NCBI GenBank assembly: GCA_938084585.1
Contig: CALKFF010000041.1
Location: 20,720 to 84,719 of the forward strand
Reading direction: 5' to 3'
Length of the DNA stretch: 64,000 nucleotides
DNA from: an uncultured Flavobacteriales bacterium
GTDB taxonomy: Bacteria; Bacteroidota; Bacteroidia; Flavobacteriales_D; Sanyastnellaceae
A program made the position numbers and the translations under genes. Of the stretch, positions 1-9,100 are shown piece by piece (position 1 is the first letter of the stretch; each line of letters starts with the position of its first letter). The notes under the pieces were generated by a model. That model saw nothing but the letters and a program-made list of their open reading frames with translations. It ran no database searches and was not told where the DNA came from.

Positions 1-1
1 G

Positions 2-166
2 ATAGAAGTGGGGAAGGGCAAGCGGTCTCCAGACGACCTGCCGGCCATCTTGGCGGCCGGGGACCGAAGCGCCGCGGGCAAGAGCGTGTTGGGGTGCGGC
101 TTGTACCTCAACCACGTGACGTACCCCGCAGACGTCTTCAGCCCGAAGGCCACGGGATATCTTTGA
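2..166 (+). CDS. truA: tRNA pseudouridine(38-40) synthase TruA, C-terminal fragment (gene begins upstream of window)
   Basis: Frame is open from the window edge to TGA 164-166. The tail GKGKRSPDDLPAILAAGDRSAAGKSVLGCGLYLNHVTYPADVF fits the remembered TruA C-terminal pattern (LAAxDRxxAG ... GLYLxxVxYP). It is absent from the ORF track because no start codon lies inside the window. Confidence 0.6.
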   Translation: MEVGKGKRSPDDLPAILAAGDRSAAGKSVLGCGLYLNHVTYPADVFSPKATGYL

Positions 167-169
167 ACC

Positions 170-1951
170 ATGGCGGAATCCTCCAAGGCGGGTAAAGTGT
201 TTGACTGGGAGACGGTCCGTCAAATCTTGGGCGAGGTCCGTCCGTACAGGCGCCGCTTCACCTGGACCGGCGTCATGGTGGTGCTCTTGTCGAGCCTGGT
301 GTGGATTCGTCCTGCGTTGATCCGCGAGGCCGTGGACGTCCACATCGCCGCCGGCGACATGCAAGGCCTCTTGCGGGTGTTCCTCACGGTGGTGGGGGTG
401 TTGCTGGTCGAGGCCTTGGTGCAATACAGGGTCACGTTTTTGGCGAATTGGGTGGCGCAGAGCGTGAGTTTGGACTTGCGCGCCAAGCTCTACCGCCACG
501 TGTCCCGCTTCCCATTGAAGTACTTCGACAAGACGCCGGTCGGAACGCTGGTGACCCGCCACGTGAGCGACATCGACGGCGTGGCCAACGTGTTCAGCAA
601 CGGCATCCTCAACGCCGTGGGCGACCTGCTGTCCTTGGTGGTGGTCATGGGAGCCATGTTGTACATCGACACCTCCCTGACCTTGATTGTGCTTCTGCCG
701 ATTCCGGTGCTGCTCGCCGCCACGCGGGTGTTCCAGCGTCACATCAAGAGCGCCTTTGTGGATGTGCGCAACCGGGTGGCCCAAATCAACGAGTTCGTCC
801 AAGAGCACGTGACGGGCATGCACATTGTCCAGGCCTTCAACCGCCAGGAATCTGAAGCCAAGGCCTTCTCAGACATCAACGCCGCCCACCGCGACGCCAA
901 CATTCGGTCGATTTGGGCGTTCAGTGTGTTTTTTCCTGTGGTGGAATTGCTCAGCGCAACGAGCGTGGGCCTGCTGCTTTGGTTGGGCACGGGCCAGGTC
1001 GTGCGCGACACGTTGACCTTGGGCGTGGTCTTGCAGTTCATCCTGTACGTCTTCATGTTGTACCGCCCCATCCGCCAGCTGGCCGACCGTTTCAATGTGT
1101 TGCAGATGGGCATCGTGAACGCCGACCGTGTGTTCAACCTGTTGGCCAAGGATGAGCGTTTGGCGGCGCCGACCCATCCCCAGTCGCCCTCGTGGCGCGG
1201 CGAGATCCGGTTTGAAGGCGTGTGGTTCGCCTACGTGGACAAGGAGGACGGGGAGCCCGATTGGGTGCTTCGCGACGTGAACCTTCACATCCGCCCAGGA
1301 GAGCGGGTGGCCTTCGTGGGCGCCACCGGCGCAGGCAAGAGTTCCATTGTCAACCTCATTTCCAGACTCTACGAATTCCAGCGGGGCCAAATCACCATGG
1401 ACGGGGTGGACATTCGGGAGATCCCGCTCGAAGAGCTGCGTGCCCGCGTGGGCGTCGTGCTCCAGGACGTGTTCTTGTTCAGCGGATCCTTGCGTGAGAA
1501 CATCCGACTGCATGATTCGGCCAAAGGGGACGATGCCATTTGGGCGGCCATCGAGGCGGTCGGGGCCAAGCGTGTGGTGGACCGGTTGCCTGAGGGCCTC
1601 GACCACGACGTGCGCGAACGAGGCGCCACGTTGAGTGTGGGGCAGCGCCAATTGATTGCCTTCGTACGTGCGTACCTGAGCAACCCGCACATTTTGATCT
1701 TGGACGAAGCCACCTCAAGCATCGACAGCGAAAGCGAGCAATGGATCCAGCGCGCCACTGAGACGCTCACCCAAGGCAGGACTTCGCTGCTGGTGGCCCA
1801 CAGGCTCAACACGGTGCGTGACGCCGACCGCATTGTCGTGCTCCAAGACGGCGCCATCGCCGAACAAGGCACCCACGACGAGTTGGTGGCCCAAGGCGAG
1901 ATCTACCACGGGCTCTTCGAAAAGCAGTTTCAGTCGATGAACCTCAAGTGA
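170..1951 (+). CDS. ABC exporter, fused permease/ATPase (MsbA/MdlB-like)
   Basis: 593 aa. N-terminal six-helix exporter TMD, then an NBD with Walker A GATGAGKSS, signature LSVGQRQ, Walker B ILILDEATS and H-loop VAHRL. ATG lies 3 nt after the truA stop. Confidence 0.9.
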   Translation: MAESSKAGKVFDWETVRQILGEVRPYRRRFTWTGVMVVLLSSLVWIRPALIREAVDVHIAAGDMQGLLRVFLTVVGVLLVEALVQYRVTFLANWVAQSVSLDLRAKLYRHVSRFPLKYFDKTPVGTLVTRHVSDIDGVANVFSNGILNAVGDLLSLVVVMGAMLYIDTSLTLIVLLPIPVLLAATRVFQRHIKSAFVDVRNRVAQINEFVQEHVTGMHIVQAFNRQESEAKAFSDINAAHRDANIRSIWAFSVFFPVVELLSATSVGLLLWLGTGQVVRDTLTLGVVLQFILYVFMLYRPIRQLADRFNVLQMGIVNADRVFNLLAKDERLAAPTHPQSPSWRGEIRFEGVWFAYVDKEDGEPDWVLRDVNLHIRPGERVAFVGATGAGKSSIVNLISRLYEFQRGQITMDGVDIREIPLEELRARVGVVLQDVFLFSGSLRENIRLHDSAKGDDAIWAAIEAVGAKRVVDRLPEGLDHDVRERGATLSVGQRQLIAFVRAYLSNPHILILDEATSSIDSESEQWIQRATETLTQGRTSLLVAHRLNTVRDADRIVVLQDGAIAEQGTHDELVAQGEIYHGLFEKQFQSMNLK

Positions 1952-1960
1952 GCTTGGCGC

Positions 1961-2374
1961 TCACCAGGTCTTGGACATCTTGTAGCCGGTGGCGGTCAGC
2001 CAAGCCACGCGCGCACCCTCTTGGTTGGTGACTTCGACGTCGACGTGGGCGATGCGGCCACCATCCGCCCGGGGAATGGCCCTGGCGGTCAATACGTCGT
2101 CCACCTTCACTGGGGCCAAATGCTGGATGGTGCTCGTCACGCTGACGGCGTGCTGCCCTTGGGCATTCACGGCAAACGCAAGCGTGCTGTCGGCCAAGGC
2201 ATAGGTGATGGCGCCGTGGGCGATGCCAAACCCGTTGACCATGTCGGCGCGCACCGTCATGCGGCAAAGGCACGCGCCCGGTCTGCTTTCCACCACGTCT
2301 AGGCCCAGCCATTGACTGAAGGCGTCACGGTCCATCATTTGGGCCACAATCGGGTGCATGTCGGCGTCACTCAT
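1961..2374 (-). CDS. paaI: hydroxyphenylacetyl-CoA thioesterase PaaI (hotdog fold)
   Basis: 137 aa. Contains the PaaI-type motif NGFGIAHGAITYALADST. It is the last gene of the co-directional paaABCD string. Confidence 0.8.
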   Translation of the reverse strand: MSDADMHPIVAQMMDRDAFSQWLGLDVVESRPGACLCRMTVRADMVNGFGIAHGAITYALADSTLAFAVNAQGQHAVSVTSTIQHLAPVKVDDVLTARAIPRADGGRIAHVDVEVTNQEGARVAWLTATGYKMSKTW

Positions 2375-2390
2375 GGACGGAAGGTACGTG

Positions 2391-2885
2391 TCAGATGCAC
2401 TTGAAATGCTCGAACGGCTCCAGGCAGGCGTTGCACTTGAAGTGTGCCTTGCAGGCGGTGCTTCCGAAGGCGGACACCATGGTCGTCTGGTCGGACTTGC
2501 ACGAAGGGCAGGGGACGACCTTGCCTTGTCCTGTCAAGAAGGCCCGGTCTGCGCTCTTGCCCTGGGGCGGGGCGATGCCGTTGACCTTCATTTTCTCGTG
2601 GGCGGAGGGGAGCAGCCAGTCGGTCGTCCAAGCAGGGCTCAAGACCACTTCCACACGGGCGTCGGCTTCCAAGGCCTGCACGGCGGTGGTGATGTCTTCG
2701 GCGATGACGTCGGTGGCAGGGCACCCAGAATACGTGGGGGTGATGGTTACCACGAGTTGTCCATCCTCCACACGCAAGCCTCGGACCATGCCCATTTCTT
2801 CCACAGTCAAGTAGGGGATCTCTGGGTCGTTGACGGACCGGACTTGCACCCAGGCTTGGGCGATGCGCTCCTGGTCAGTCACCAC
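2391..2885 (-). CDS. paaD: phenylacetate-CoA oxygenase subunit PaaD (PaaJ)
   Basis: The ORF-track entry 2391-3044 extends into paaC. A GTG at 2885 (or 2882) overlaps the paaC TGA and gives about 165 aa. DUF59-like N-domain (NDPEIPYLTVEEMGMV) plus a C-terminal Cys cluster (CPSC ... C ... FKCNAC). Confidence 0.8.
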   Translation of the reverse strand: MVTDQERIAQAWVQVRSVNDPEIPYLTVEEMGMVRGLRVEDGQLVVTITPTYSGCPATDVIAEDITTAVQALEADARVEVVLSPAWTTDWLLPSAHEKMKVNGIAPPQGKSADRAFLTGQGKVVPCPSCKSDQTTMVSAFGSTACKAHFKCNACLEPFEHFKCI

Positions 2886-3637
2886 GTGGCGTCGGGGTAC
2901 GTTCGGGGCAGCACTTGCATCTCGGCGAGCATGTAGCTCAGGTGCTCGCTGTGCACGCCTTGCTTGCCGCCACGGTGCGCCCATCCATCCTCGGGCACCC
3001 GCAGGGTCGCCCGTTCCAAGCACGCGACCACCTTGTCGCGCCAAGTGCTTTGGAGCTTGTGAAGGTCAGGCATCAAGCCGGCCTCGGCACAGGCCGTGTC
3101 GACATCGTCGGGCGTGAACAGCTCTCCGGTGTAGGCCCAAAGCTGGTCCACGCTGTCTTGCACCTTTTGGTGACTTTCAGGGGTGCCGTCGCCGAGTCGA
3201 ATGACCCATTGCGCGGCGTGCTCCCAATGGTAGTGCAGTTCCTTGACCGCTTTGGCGGCGATGCCCGCCACGTCCGCATTCACGGTTTGGCGCGCCAAGA
3301 AAGCGCAACGGTCCAGCGCGAAGGCGCTGAAGAACATTTGACGCACCACGGTGTCGCCGAAGTGCCCGTTGGGCTGCTCCACCAGCAGGTGGTTTTGGAA
3401 CTCACGGTCAGAGCGGAAGTACGCCAACGCGTCTTCGTCGCGCCCCTGGTTTTCCAACTGGCCGGCCAGGGTGAAGAAGTTTCGCGCTTGGCCAATCAAG
3501 TCCAACGCGATGTTCGACAACGCGATGTCTTCCTCCAAGATGGGACCATGGCCGCACCATGCGGACAAACGTTGACCCAGCACCAGGGCGTCGTCGCCCA
3601 ACCGCAAAACGGCTGCGAAGTGTTGCGATTCCGTCAT
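2879..3637 (-). CDS. paaC: phenylacetate-CoA oxygenase subunit PaaC (PaaI-type ferritin-like, non-catalytic)
   Basis: 252 aa helical ferritin-like protein located between paaB and paaD. ATG at 3637 lies 3 nt after the paaB stop. Confidence 0.8.
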   Translation of the reverse strand: MTESQHFAAVLRLGDDALVLGQRLSAWCGHGPILEEDIALSNIALDLIGQARNFFTLAGQLENQGRDEDALAYFRSDREFQNHLLVEQPNGHFGDTVVRQMFFSAFALDRCAFLARQTVNADVAGIAAKAVKELHYHWEHAAQWVIRLGDGTPESHQKVQDSVDQLWAYTGELFTPDDVDTACAEAGLMPDLHKLQSTWRDKVVACLERATLRVPEDGWAHRGGKQGVHSEHLSYMLAEMQVLPRTYPDATW

Positions 3638-3640
3638 GGC

Positions 3641-3934
3641 TCACATGTTGTTGACCTCGTCGGGCAACTTGTAGAAGGTGGGGTGACGGTACACTTTGTC
3701 GTTGGCCGGATCAAACAAGACGTCCTTGTCGTCCGGGCTCGAAGCGGTGATGGCTTCTGCCGGCACCACCCAAATGCTCACGCCTTCCTGACGGCGAGTG
3801 TAGACGTCACGCGCGTTCTGGATGGCCATTTGGGCGTCGGCCGCGTGAAGCGAACCGGCATGTTTGTGACCGAGGCCTTGACGGCTCCGAATGAACACTT
3901 CCCAGAGGGGCCACTCGTGCTTGGATTCGCTCAT
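3641..3934 (-). CDS. paaB: phenylacetate-CoA oxygenase subunit PaaB
   Basis: 97 aa. Conserved PaaB core [42 protein letters not shown] overlap with the paaA stop. Confidence 0.85.
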   Translation of the reverse strand: MSESKHEWPLWEVFIRSRQGLGHKHAGSLHAADAQMAIQNARDVYTRRQEGVSIWVVPAEAITASSPDDKDVLFDPANDKVYRHPTFYKLPDEVNNM

Positions 3935-4899
3935 GCCGCGTGGGTGGAGGCGTTGGCGTTCTTCTGGCGGGCGGCTTCTTTGGTGGCGTAGGCGTTCGCC
4001 GCGTCACGCACCCAAGCGCCGTCTTCGTAGGCTTTGACCCGCGCGCCGAGGCGCTCCTTATTGCATGGGCCGTTGCCCTTGATCACGTTGTAGAATTCGT
4101 CCCAGTTGATTGCGCCGAAGTCGTAGTGTCCGCGTTCCTCGTTCCACTTCAAGTCGGGGTCTGGCAGGGTCAAGCCCAGCAATTCCGACTGCGGCACGGT
4201 CATGTCGACAAACCGCTGACGCAGCTCGTCGTTGGAGAACCGCTTGATGTTCCACTTCATGCTTTGGGCCGAGTGCGGAGAATCTGCGTCGCTCGGACCA
4301 AACATCATCAACGACGGCCACCACCACCGGTTCAACGCGTCTTGCGCCATGGCTTTTTGCTCGGGCGTGCCTTGGGCGAGGTTCAACATGACCTGGAACC
4401 CTTGACGCTGGTGGAAGCTCTCCTCCTTGCACACACGCACCATGGCGCGGGCATACGGGCCGTAGCTGCACTTGCAGAGGGGAACTTGATTCATGATCGC
4501 GGCGCCATCGACCAGCCACCCCACGGCACCCATGTCGGCCCAGGTGAGGGTGGGGTAGTTGAAGATGGAGCTGTACTTCGCCTTTCCGGCGTGGAGGTCC
4601 TGCAGCATTTGGTCCCGGGTGACCCCAAGAGTTTCCGCAGCCGAGTAGAGGTAGAGTCCATGGCCTGCTTCGTCCTGGACCTTGGCCAGCAAGATGGCCT
4701 TGCGCTTCAGGGACGGCGCCCGGGAAATCCAGTTTCCTTCAGGCAGCATACCGACAATTTCGCTGTGGGCGTGTTGGCTGATTTGACGGATCAACGTCTT
4801 GCGGTAAGCGTCGGGCATCCAGTCTTTGGGCTCGATCTTTTTCTCTTCCGCAACGTAGGCGTCAAAGCGTGCTTCCAGGTTCATTTCTACAGGACTCAT
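3931..4899 (-). CDS. paaA: phenylacetate-CoA oxygenase catalytic subunit PaaA (diiron)
   Basis: Ferritin-like diiron protein ([18 protein letters not shown]). I start it at ATG 4899 ([15 protein letters not shown]). The ORF-track start at 4974 would run over the promoter box at 4915-4922. Confidence 0.85.
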   Translation of the reverse strand: MSPVEMNLEARFDAYVAEEKKIEPKDWMPDAYRKTLIRQISQHAHSEIVGMLPEGNWISRAPSLKRKAILLAKVQDEAGHGLYLYSAAETLGVTRDQMLQDLHAGKAKYSSIFNYPTLTWADMGAVGWLVDGAAIMNQVPLCKCSYGPYARAMVRVCKEESFHQRQGFQVMLNLAQGTPEQKAMAQDALNRWWWPSLMMFGPSDADSPHSAQSMKWNIKRFSNDELRQRFVDMTVPQSELLGLTLPDPDLKWNEERGHYDFGAINWDEFYNVIKGNGPCNKERLGARVKAYEDGAWVRDAANAYATKEAARQKNANASTHAA

Positions 4900-4914
4900 G
4901 CGCGCGATTTTTCT

Positions 4915-4922
4915 CAAAGTTA
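4915..4922 (-). promoter_or_regulatory. Bacteroidota -7 promoter box TAACTTTG for the paaABCDI operon
   Basis: Perfect TAnnTTTG on the minus strand, 15 nt upstream of the paaA ATG. A GTGAcaaTCAC palindrome lies about 25 nt further upstream in the paaA/paaE divergent spacer. Confidence 0.4.
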
Positions 4923-4996
4923 CGCTGAGTCGTGTGTGCGTCGTTTGGTGACAATCACAATGTGCCCAAACCATGGTGTGGACTACTTTCGCCTTT

Positions 4997-6061
4997 ATGC
5001 CGACGTTTCACGACATCCAAGTCCAAAGCGTGCACCGCGAGACCGCCGAATCGGTGGTGGTGGCCCTGGACATCCCCGACGCATTGCGTGCCGACTTTCA
5101 GTTTGCGGCGGGCCAGTATTTGACCCTGCGCACGACCATCGACGGCGAAGACATCCGCCGCAGCTATTCGCTCTGTTCGTCGCCCGGTGACGGGGCGTGG
5201 CACGTGGGCATCAAGAAGGTGCCCGGGGGCAAGTTCTCGACCTACGCAAACGACGTGCTCAAGGCAGGGGACACCTTGCAAGTGATGGACCCCCAAGGCC
5301 GCTTCGTCTTGGCCGAGGGCGCCGGCAAGCACCACGTGGGCTTCGCGGCGGGCTCTGGCATCACGCCGATCCTTAGCCAAATCAAGGACGTTCTGAGCAC
5401 AGACCCCGCCTCCAGCTACACGCTGTTTTACGCCAACAAGACTGCCGCGAGCACCATGTTCCGCGAAGCGATCCAAGACCTCAAGGACCGTCACCTCGAC
5501 CGTTTGCGGGTGTTTTACCTCCTGACGCGCGAGCCTGTGGACGCCACGTTGTTGTCCGGGCGCTTGGACCAAGCGCGTTGCGCTGATCTGATGAGGGAAT
5601 TCTGCAGCGGCACCGCTGTGGACGCAGCGTACCTCTGTGGCCCCGAGTCGATGATTTTGGGGTGCAAGGAGGCCTTGCTCGCTTTTGGGTTGACAGAAGA
5701 CCAAATCAAGTTTGAACTGTTCACCTCCGCAGGCGCGGCCAAACCCGCTGCCCCGCGCACTGAAGTGGCCGCCGGGGCCGGCGTCCCCATGCAAATTGTG
5801 TTGGACGGCGTCACCACCAGCGTGTCTCTCGACAAGGAGAAAAACATGCTCGATGCCGCGTTGGACGCGGGCCTCGACGCTCCGTACAGCTGCCTTGGCG
5901 GCGTGTGCTGCACCTGCCGCGCGAAGCTGGTCAAGGGAAAGGCCACGATGAACGTGAACTTCGCTTTGGAACCTTCGGAGGTGGAGCGTGGCTACGTCTT
6001 GACCTGCCAGGCCCACGTCGACGGAGACGAGGACGTGGTGCTGGACTTCGACCAGCAATAA
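4997..6061 (+). CDS. paaE: phenylacetate-CoA oxygenase reductase PaaE (FNR-like plus plant-type 2Fe-2S ferredoxin)
   Basis: N-terminus [27 protein letters not shown] parallels E. coli PaaE. RSYS flavin motif, NAD-binding GSGITP, and a C-terminal [13 protein letters not shown] 2Fe-2S cluster. Alternative ATG at 4973. Confidence 0.85.
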   Translation: MPTFHDIQVQSVHRETAESVVVALDIPDALRADFQFAAGQYLTLRTTIDGEDIRRSYSLCSSPGDGAWHVGIKKVPGGKFSTYANDVLKAGDTLQVMDPQGRFVLAEGAGKHHVGFAAGSGITPILSQIKDVLSTDPASSYTLFYANKTAASTMFREAIQDLKDRHLDRLRVFYLLTREPVDATLLSGRLDQARCADLMREFCSGTAVDAAYLCGPESMILGCKEALLAFGLTEDQIKFELFTSAGAAKPAAPRTEVAAGAGVPMQIVLDGVTTSVSLDKEKNMLDAALDAGLDAPYSCLGGVCCTCRAKLVKGKATMNVNFALEPSEVERGYVLTCQAHVDGDEDVVLDFDQQ

Positions 6062-6081
6062 GCTTTCCGATTGCGGACATG

Positions 6082-6115
6082 AAAAAAGGGCTGCCTCGAA
6101 AGGCAGCCCTTTTTC
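6082..6115. terminator. bidirectional rho-independent terminator between paaE and the giant T9SS cargo gene
   Basis: Perfect 10-bp stem AGGGCTGCCT / AGGCAGCCCT (6087-6096 and 6101-6110), loop CGAA, flanked by an A-run (6082-6087) and a T-run (6110-6114). Confidence 0.8.
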
Positions 6116-6136
6116 ATGCGTGTCAAGTCAAGATCT

Positions 6137-9100
6137 TCAGCGGACTTTGATCCAAGGGAGTTGACGCGTGGTGCCGAGCTGCGTCACATGCACGATGTAC
6201 ATGCCAGGCGTCCACGACGTCGCATCGAGAATCCAATCGCCGTCCACACCGCGTGTGTCGTTTGTGGCATCCATCACCATCCGACCGTCGGCGTTGAACA
6301 CCACCACGGTTGGCGCCGCGTCGGTGCCGCTGTGTTGGCTTCGGATGGTCAAATGGTCTTGTCCTGGGTTGGGGAAGAGCTCCAAAGTCCACTCGCTTGC
6401 GGATGGGTCGCCGAGGCTTGCGGTGCCGTCGCCGTCACCTCCGTTGTCAGGGGTCTCGCACTCCATGCCGACGCCCACCACACGAAGTTCGTAGTCGCCT
6501 TCTTCGAGGGTCATGGTGCCTGCAGACTCTCCGTCCACAAACAGCTCGGCCATCGCGCCGTTCCATCCGTCGCCGAAGGTGTCCAACATTTCCACGGTGT
6601 AGCATCCTGCGGGCACACATCCCACTGAAGACCCGGTGTAGCCGTCCATCTCCATGAGCACATCACCTTCGTCGTTCGACACATTCAAGCCCACTTCGTC
6701 AGGCATCAAACCGCCGTCCAACACAAACTCCACCTCAAACATGCCGTCGCACAAGTTGTCGAAGATGCAAGAGCCGTCGTTGATCAAGGCGTCAGGGTTG
6801 TAGTTGGTCGCCACGGGGTCGGTGCAGCCGAGGTACGAGTCCAAGTCGAAATCGCCTTCTTCGCAGATGTTGCCCAAGCTGAATTGAACCACCCAAGTGT
6901 CTTCCCCGGTGGGCCATTCGGCGTAGGCCAAGTCTTCAAAGGCGGTGTTCACCCCAAACAGGCCGTCGTTCCACTCCAGCTCGCCGTCCCACGCACCGGT
7001 CACCATAGCCGTGTAGCACACGCCAGGTTCGATGCAGACCTCGCCGTACACCCCTCCGAAGTTGAACACGTCCTGCTCGGAGAAGACCAAGTCGCCCGCT
7101 TCCGAAACGATGTTCAACGTGGTGGACGGGAGGGACGTGTAGAGGTACACGTAGCCCACCTCGCCGTTCTCGCACACGAAGGGGTATTGGCATGACCCGT
7201 CGTCCACCGTGGCGGAAGGATGGTAGTTCAACGCTTCAGGATCGGTGCATCCCGGGATCGTGACTTCACAGCCGTCGGTGTTCACACCGAGCGCAAACAC
7301 CGCGCTGTATTCGTCCGCCGGCACGGAGTAGGAGGTGGACACCCCGTCAAGGATGACCTCGGCGCTGCCTGCGCCTGGAATCCATCCGTAGTCGTTGAGG
7401 TAGAAGTTGTAACATCCGTCTGCGACACATCCGTAGGAGACGGTGGAGAACTCATCGTAGTCGTACACCAAGTTGATGTGCTGGCCCAAATCTGTGGTGA
7501 GTGTCCAGTACAGCGACACAAACCCGCCAAACTCGTCCAACGAATCGGTGGCCATGGTCTGGATGACAACCTCTGTTTCCCCGGCGCCGCACACAGGGAT
7601 GAAGGCGCATGAGCCGTCGTCGTCGGTGGCGTCAGGGTTGTAGTTCAACGCCTCCGGGTCGGTGCATCCGTAAATCGGCTGGTCTGCGCAATCGCCGTCC
7701 CACACGATCCACGCGTTCCAGCACTCGGCCTCACACGCGTTGTTGAAGGTCACATAGTCGCCCACGAAGGAGTCGTACGCGCACACAGGGTCGTAGATCT
7801 CCGGACATTCGCAAGGGTAGAGGCAGTACCCGTCGTCGATGTTCGCGTCGGGGTTGTAGTTCATGGCCTCGCTGTCCATGCATCCGTACACAGGGATGAA
7901 GAGCTCGCAGTCTTCCGTGTTGACCCCAATGGCGTAAGCGGCCTCAAACTGCCCTTCGGGGATGGTGTACGTGGTGGTCTCGTCGCCCAAGGTGATGTCC
8001 ACGCTGGTCAACCCAGGCTCCCATCCGTAGTCATACATGAAGAAGTTGTAGCAGCCGTCGGCCAAACAACCGTAGGCGTTGGCAGCTTCCCACTGGCTGT
8101 AGTCGTACACCAAATCCACGTGCACACCCGCCGCATCGGTCAAGGTCCAGTACAAGGAGTAGTAGAACCCAAGGTCGACCAACGAGTCGTTGCCGTTCAC
8201 TTCAATCGTCACGGCAGTTTCGTCGTCCGCACATGTCGGAATGGTGACGCACGATCCGTCGTCGGCCGTGGCGTCGGGGTTGTAGTTCACCGCTTCCTCG
8301 TCGGTGCATCCGTAGATCGGCTGGTCTGCGCAATCGCCTTCCCACACGATGTACGCTTGGGCGCAAGACGCTTCGCACGCGTTGTTGAAGGTCACGTACT
8401 CTCCGGTGAGGTAGTCGTAGCCGCACACGGGATCGTAGACGTCGTCGCACTCACACTCGTAAGAACAAGAACCGTCGTCCACCGTGGCGTAGGGATCGTA
8501 GTTGAACGCGTAAGGGTCGGTGCAACCCGCGGTCTCCACAATTTGGGTCTCGCACTCGAGACCAAATGAAACCGTCTGGTGGTAACCCTCCTCCAATGAG
8601 AAGGTGCCCAAAGACACCCCCAAATCGGGGATGCTCACTTCCAGCGACGCGCCGTTCCATCCGTCGCCAAAGCTGTCAATCATGTCCAGCTCGAGGCAAC
8701 CTGCACTGTCGCTCAAACAGAACGAGGCGTAGGCCATGTCGTAGTCGTTCAAGCCTTGCCCTTCGGCCAACACGCCGTTGTCGTCGGACAAGATGAAGCT
8801 CACTTCGCCGCCCCACATCTCCGTCTGGAGCGTCAACAAGACGGTCACTTCGTCGCTGCCGCACTCCAACGTGCCCACACAGGAGCCGTCGTCGATGTTC
8901 GCGTCGGGGTTGTAGTTGAGGGCATCCTCGTCGGTGCAACCGTACACGGGCAATTCGTCGCAGTCGCCCTCGGCGATCACCCAAGCCTGGGCGCACTCCG
9001 CTTCGCACGCGTTGGGGAAGGTGGTGTACTCGCCAGTGATGTGGTTGAAGGCGCAAACAGGCTCGTCGATGTCCTCACATTCGCAGTCGTACGAGCACGA

